Source: Thermoanaerobaculia bacterium (lineage in GTDB: Bacteria; Acidobacteriota; Thermoanaerobaculia; Multivoradales; Multivoraceae). From it: DNA of 64,000 nt. The notes beneath the pieces are model-generated. The model saw nothing but the letters and a program-made list of their open reading frames with translations. It was not told the origin of the DNA and ran no database searches. The position numbers were made by a program, and so were the translations under genes. Shown in pieces: positions 60,076-64,000 of this stretch (positions are counted from its first letter, which is position 1; the number at the start of each line of letters is the position of its first letter). The stretch covers positions 3,584,001 to 3,648,000 of the forward strand of contig OY761158.1 in assembly GCA_963664405.1 (NCBI GenBank), read 5' to 3'.

Positions 60076-60108
60076 GCCCCTGCGGCTCCCGTAGAGCCGT
60101 CCTCGCTT

Positions 60109-60672
60109 CTACTGCGTTTCGAGCTCCAAGCCTTTCTTTTCGATGCGCAGGAGTCGCTCTTTCTTCTTGGTGCCGCCTATCCAGGCGCCGGCGCCCCCCT
60201 TGGTCGGGAGTACCCGATGGCAGGGAATGAGAATAGGGATGGGGTTCATCGACAGGACACTGCGCACGAGGTTGTATGCGGTGCGCCGACCGCTGGCTTC
60301 AGCGAGCTTCTTGTAGCTCCAGCTCTTGCCATAAGGGACGCGACGAACCTCCTTGAGGACTCTTCGTTGAAAAGCGTCCAGATCGCTGCCGCTGAGGTCG
60401 ACGTTGATCTCAGGGTCGCTCCGTACACCCGCGAAGTACTCGGAGAGCCTCCCCAGTGCCTCCATGAGGAAATCGGTGAGTTGTATCTTGTCGAGAGAGC
60501 GGAAGTTCTTGGCCTCGCTCCTCGAGGGCTGGACGACCAGGCGAGTGACAACCGTGCCGCGAAATTCGATAGCGAGGCGGCCAATCGGCGAGGGCATTAA
60601 GAGCCTGACGATCTCCTCTTCCGGGTCTTTCTCAAGGACAGCCTCGCCAGCGTCCCTTTTGGCCCCGATCAT
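60109..60672 (-). CDS. ogt: Methylated-DNA--protein-cysteine methyltransferase
   Basis: 'FQRRV', 'PYG..SY', 'NPIPILIPCHRV'; start approximate. Confidence 0.85.
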   Translation of the reverse strand: MIGAKRDAGEAVLEKDPEEEIVRLLMPSPIGRLAIEFRGTVVTRLVVQPSRSEAKNFRSLDKIQLTDFLMEALGRLSEYFAGVRSDPEINVDLSGSDLDAFQRRVLKEVRRVPYGKSWSYKKLAEASGRRTAYNLVRSVLSMNPIPILIPCHRVLPTKGGAGAWIGGTKKKERLLRIEKKGLELETQ

Positions 60673-60782
60673 ATGGGTCGGGAGGTTACCACGGCTCTCC
60701 CCCTCTCCGGACCGCCCGTTCGAAGAAAGCTTCTCTGCTAGGCTAGTGGACCGTAACACTCGAACGTTTAGTGGCTGAGTGA

Positions 60783-60874
60783 GTCATTCGGGGTCGAGAT
60801 CAAGGCGCGCTGACGCCGCCAGCGGGGCAGAACGGGCCGAGATATGTAGCGCTACTTTGGAAACGCTGGTCTAG
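60783..60874. mobile_element. Internally deleted, inverted MITE copy
   Basis: Reverse complement reads CTAGACCAGCGTTTCCAAAGT...CATATCTCGGCCC...CGCTGGCGGCGT, then joins to CAGCGCGCCT...GAATGAC. Confidence 0.78.
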
Positions 60875-60880
60875 TAGCCG

Positions 60881-63142
60881 GTGATGGCAAAGAACTACCG
60901 CAGCGAGGCCCTGGAATACCACTCCTCAGGACGAAAAGGGAAGATCGAGGTCGTTCCGACCAAGCCCACCCAGACCCAGCAGGATCTTTCGCTGGCCTAT
61001 ACCCCTGGGGTCGCGGATCCCTGCCTCGAGATTGCGAAGAACCCGATCGATTCCTTTGAATACACCGCCCGAGGGAATCTTGTGGCGGTGATCACCAATG
61101 GGACCGCCGTTCTCGGTCTCGGGAACATCGGTGCCCATGCGGCGAAGCCGGTGATGGAAGGCAAGGGGGTGCTATTCAAGCGCTTCGCAGACATTGACGT
61201 CTTCGACCTCGAGGTCGATACCGTCGATGTCGAGGAGTTCATTCGCACCGTCGAGCTCCTCGAGCCGACCTTCGGGGGCATCAACTTGGAGGATATTCGC
61301 GCTCCGGAGTGCTTCGAGATCGAGGCGCGCCTCAAGGAGCGAATGAAGATCCCGGTCTTTCACGACGACCAGCATGGCACTGCCATCATTTCGTCGGCGG
61401 CATTACTCAATTCTCTCGAGATCGCGGGCAAGCGGATCGAAGACGTTCGCATCGTTGTCTCGGGGGCGGGGGCTGCGGCGGTCGGCTGCCTGCGGCTGTA
61501 TTTGAAGCTCGGAGTGCGACGAGAGAACGTAATGCTCCTCGACAGCAAGGGAGTAGTGCACTCGGGTCGGGACGACTTGACCGCTCACAAGCAGCAGTTT
61601 GCCGTCGACACCGAGGCTCGGACCCTCACCGACGCACTCACCGGCGCGGATGTTTTCGTCGGTCTTTCCATCGCTGGAGTTGTCAAAGGTCCGATGCTGG
61701 CGGCGATGGCGAGTGATCCGATCGTTTTCGCGATGGCGAATCCGGAGCCTGAGATCGGCTATGACGAGGCGCTGGCGGCACGAAGCGACGTCATCATGGC
61801 GACCGGCCGCAGTGACTACCCGAACCAGGTGAACAACGTTCTCGGTTTCCCGTTCATTTTCCGCGGCGCTCTGGACGTTCGCGCCACCGAGATCAACGAT
61901 GAGATGGTGCTTGCTGCGGTGAGTGCACTGGCTGCCCTCGCGCGTGAGGACGTTCCGGATTCGGTGCTCAAGGCCTACGGCAAAGAGCATCTGCGCTTTG
62001 GCCGCGAGTACCTCATCCCTACGCCCTTCGACCATCGGGTGCTTCTGCGGCTCGCACCCGCGGTGGCAAAGGCAGCCATGGATTCCGGCGTCGCGCAGCG
62101 CCCGATCGAGGACTTCGAGTCCTACCAAAGGAAACTAGAGAGCCTGATCTCCCGTCGGCTGCAGCTGATGCACTCGATTCTGGATCGGGCGCGCCAGGCT
62201 CCCAAACGGGTCGTTTTCCCTGAAGGAGAGCACGAGAAGATTCTGCGGACAGCCAAGATCCTGGTAGATCAGGGAATCGCTCACCCGATCCTGCTCGCGC
62301 GCCACGAAGTCATCGCTCCGATGCTTGCCGAGCTTGATCTGCCAGAGGACCGTGTCACCATCATTCACAGTCGTACGGCCGTGGATCTGGATCGCTACGC
62401 CCAAGCCCTCCATGAAGGCCGGAGGCGCTACGGAGTGACTCTGGAGGACGCCAAGCGCCTGATGCGCTCGCGGAACTACTTCGGCTCGATGATGGTTGCC
62501 CAGGGCGACGCCGATGGTCTCATCTCAGGTCTGGCTCAGGAGTACGCCGACACCATCCGACCGGCTCTACAGACGATAGGACCGCGGCAGGGAGTGAAGC
62601 GGGTTTCGGGCTGCTACGTCCTGATGTTGGGGGACCGGGTCCTCTTCTTGGCCGACACGACGGTCAATATCGACCCGACGGCAGATGAGCTTGCCGAGAT
62701 CGCCCTGCTGGTGGCCGCCTTTGCTCGTCGTTTCAACATCGAGCCCCGAGTTGCGATGCTGTCGTTCTCGAACTTCGGCTCCAATCCGCACCCAGCCGCT
62801 CGCAAGGTGCGTGAAGCTGTAGCGATCGCGAAGTCCCTGGCCCCCGATCTCGAGATCGAGGGCGAGATGCAGGCAGACACGGCGGTTCTTCCGTCCATCC
62901 TCGAAGATCAATACCAGTGGAGTGATCTTCAAGGTCCTGCCAACGTCCTGATCTGCCCGGAGCTACAGTCTGCCAACATCGCCTACAAGCTGATCTGGCG
63001 TCTCGCCGGCGCCGAAGCGATCGGCCCGGTCCTACTGGGTATGGCGAGACCGGTTCACGTCCTGCAGCGGGGCGTCGAGGTGGCCGACATTGTCAACATG
63101 GCGGCACTCTGCGTGGTCGACGCCCAGGAAGTCGAGTACTAG
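60881..63142 (+). CDS. maeB: NADP-dependent malic enzyme with phosphotransacetylase-like domain
   Basis: '[10 protein letters not shown]', '[10 protein letters not shown]', '[16 protein letters not shown]', C-terminal 'EGEMQAD'. Confidence 0.96.
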   Translation: MMAKNYRSEALEYHSSGRKGKIEVVPTKPTQTQQDLSLAYTPGVADPCLEIAKNPIDSFEYTARGNLVAVITNGTAVLGLGNIGAHAAKPVMEGKGVLFKRFADIDVFDLEVDTVDVEEFIRTVELLEPTFGGINLEDIRAPECFEIEARLKERMKIPVFHDDQHGTAIISSAALLNSLEIAGKRIEDVRIVVSGAGAAAVGCLRLYLKLGVRRENVMLLDSKGVVHSGRDDLTAHKQQFAVDTEARTLTDALTGADVFVGLSIAGVVKGPMLAAMASDPIVFAMANPEPEIGYDEALAARSDVIMATGRSDYPNQVNNVLGFPFIFRGALDVRATEINDEMVLAAVSALAALAREDVPDSVLKAYGKEHLRFGREYLIPTPFDHRVLLRLAPAVAKAAMDSGVAQRPIEDFESYQRKLESLISRRLQLMHSILDRARQAPKRVVFPEGEHEKILRTAKILVDQGIAHPILLARHEVIAPMLAELDLPEDRVTIIHSRTAVDLDRYAQALHEGRRRYGVTLEDAKRLMRSRNYFGSMMVAQGDADGLISGLAQEYADTIRPALQTIGPRQGVKRVSGCYVLMLGDRVLFLADTTVNIDPTADELAEIALLVAAFARRFNIEPRVAMLSFSNFGSNPHPAARKVREAVAIAKSLAPDLEIEGEMQADTAVLPSILEDQYQWSDLQGPANVLICPELQSANIAYKLIWRLAGAEAIGPVLLGMARPVHVLQRGVEVADIVNMAALCVVDAQEVEY

Positions 63143-63304
63143 ACCAGCGTTTCCAAAGTTCGCGCACATATCTCGGCCCCTTCTGTCCGCTGGCGGCGTT
63201 TCGCCTCCTCGACATATTGCCCAATATGCCTGCGTCGGCGCGCCTGGCCAGCGAACAGAATGACCTCGAGCTATTGCACACGAACTTTGGAAACGCTGGT
63301 CTAG
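63139..63304. mobile_element. MITE-like palindromic repeat, full copy 2
   Basis: Same 24-bp terminal inverted repeats and interior as 12579-12743; its CTAG ends carry the stop codons of maeB and mltG. Confidence 0.88.
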
Positions 63305-64000
63305 TCTCCCCGCTCTCTCGCCCAGCGCTCCCGCCAATACTGCTTTTGCCAGCGCTCGACGTTACGGTTGTGCTCCGCCAAGGTGTCGGCGAAGATGTGA
63401 GAGCCGTCGTTCCGACTCACGAAGTAGAGATGAGTGGTGTCCTGCGGAGCGGCCGCCGCAACAAGGCTTTTTAGCCCGGGCGAGCAGATCGGCCCGGGAG
63501 GGAGCCCGCGGTGTACGTAGGTGTTGTAGGGAGAGGCAAGAGCGAGATCGGGCCGCCGTAGGTTGCCGTCCCAGGTGCCCGCTTTCTTGAGGGCGAAGAT
63601 AATCGTGGGATCCGCATAGAGGGCGATGCCCTTGCTCAAACGGTGGGCGTACACACCCGCGATCAGGGGCCTCTCGCCGTCCAGGCGGGCTTCTTTTTCG
63701 ACGATACTTGCCAGCGTCGTCAGCTCTCGTACGCTGGCCGCTTGTCTAGACCTTCCTTCGCCCAGACCCTCCAGCTGTCTTCGAAAGGTCCGCACCAGGG
63801 TGGAGACGATCTTCCCCTCCGATGTTCCTCGGGCAAATGCATAGGTGTCAGGAAAGAGATAGCCCTCGAGGTCGGTGGCCTCTGGGTCCAGATCGCGAAT
63901 GGCTGAGGGGTCCGACATGAGCTCCACGAGAAGCTCGCGCCGGCCGAAACCGGCCGCTGAGATTGCCTCTGCCGTTTCTTCCAGCGTCAGGCCTTCGATA
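63301..64000 (-). CDS. mltG: Endolytic transglycosylase MltG, 3' part (open to window end)
   Basis: 'LEGYLFPDTY', 'LASIVEKE', 'SPYNTY..GLPPGPI'. Confidence 0.93.
   Translation of the reverse strand, partial: IEGLTLEETAEAISAAGFGRRELLVELMSDPSAIRDLDPEATDLEGYLFPDTYAFARGTSEGKIVSTLVRTFRRQLEGLGEGRSRQAASVRELTTLASIVEKEARLDGERPLIAGVYAHRLSKGIALYADPTIIFALKKAGTWDGNLRRPDLALASPYNTYVHRGLPPGPICSPGLKSLVAAAAPQDTTHLYFVSRNDGSHIFADTLAEHNRNVERWQKQYWRERWARERGD

Overview
High-GC bacterial chromosome segment, most likely Acidobacteriota of the Thermoanaerobaculia type. This is inferred from the GWxTD+VWA protein, PEGA proteins, split atp operon and the repeated 'GYFWFFN..NVE..VKVLD' surface-protein domain. In order it contains: the 3' part of a 23S rRNA gene plus 5S; a partner-switching island (PP2C/RsbW/STAS) with an NCS2 permease fused to a degenerate RsbW-like domain and a SulP-STAS-cNMP transporter; assorted metabolic genes; pilB; a damaged ADP-heptose locus (hldA/hldC deletion, waaC-like); a kinase/pseudokinase operon with a disrupted middle gene; an NDUFAF7-like methyltransferase heading an 11-subunit nuo operon (no nuoEFG) that runs into atpZ/I/B/E; an ECF sigma with a tiny Cys-rich partner; M23 peptidase and HddA-like kinase; a candidate ~330-nt structured RNA; a large surface protein; a Wzm/Wzt glycan locus; ogt, maeB and partial mltG. 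A ~165-bp CTAG-ended palindromic MITE family (2 full copies, 2-3 remnants) sits on TAG stop codons. No CRISPR, tRNA or transposase was seen. All calls come from motif recognition by eye; no searches were run.
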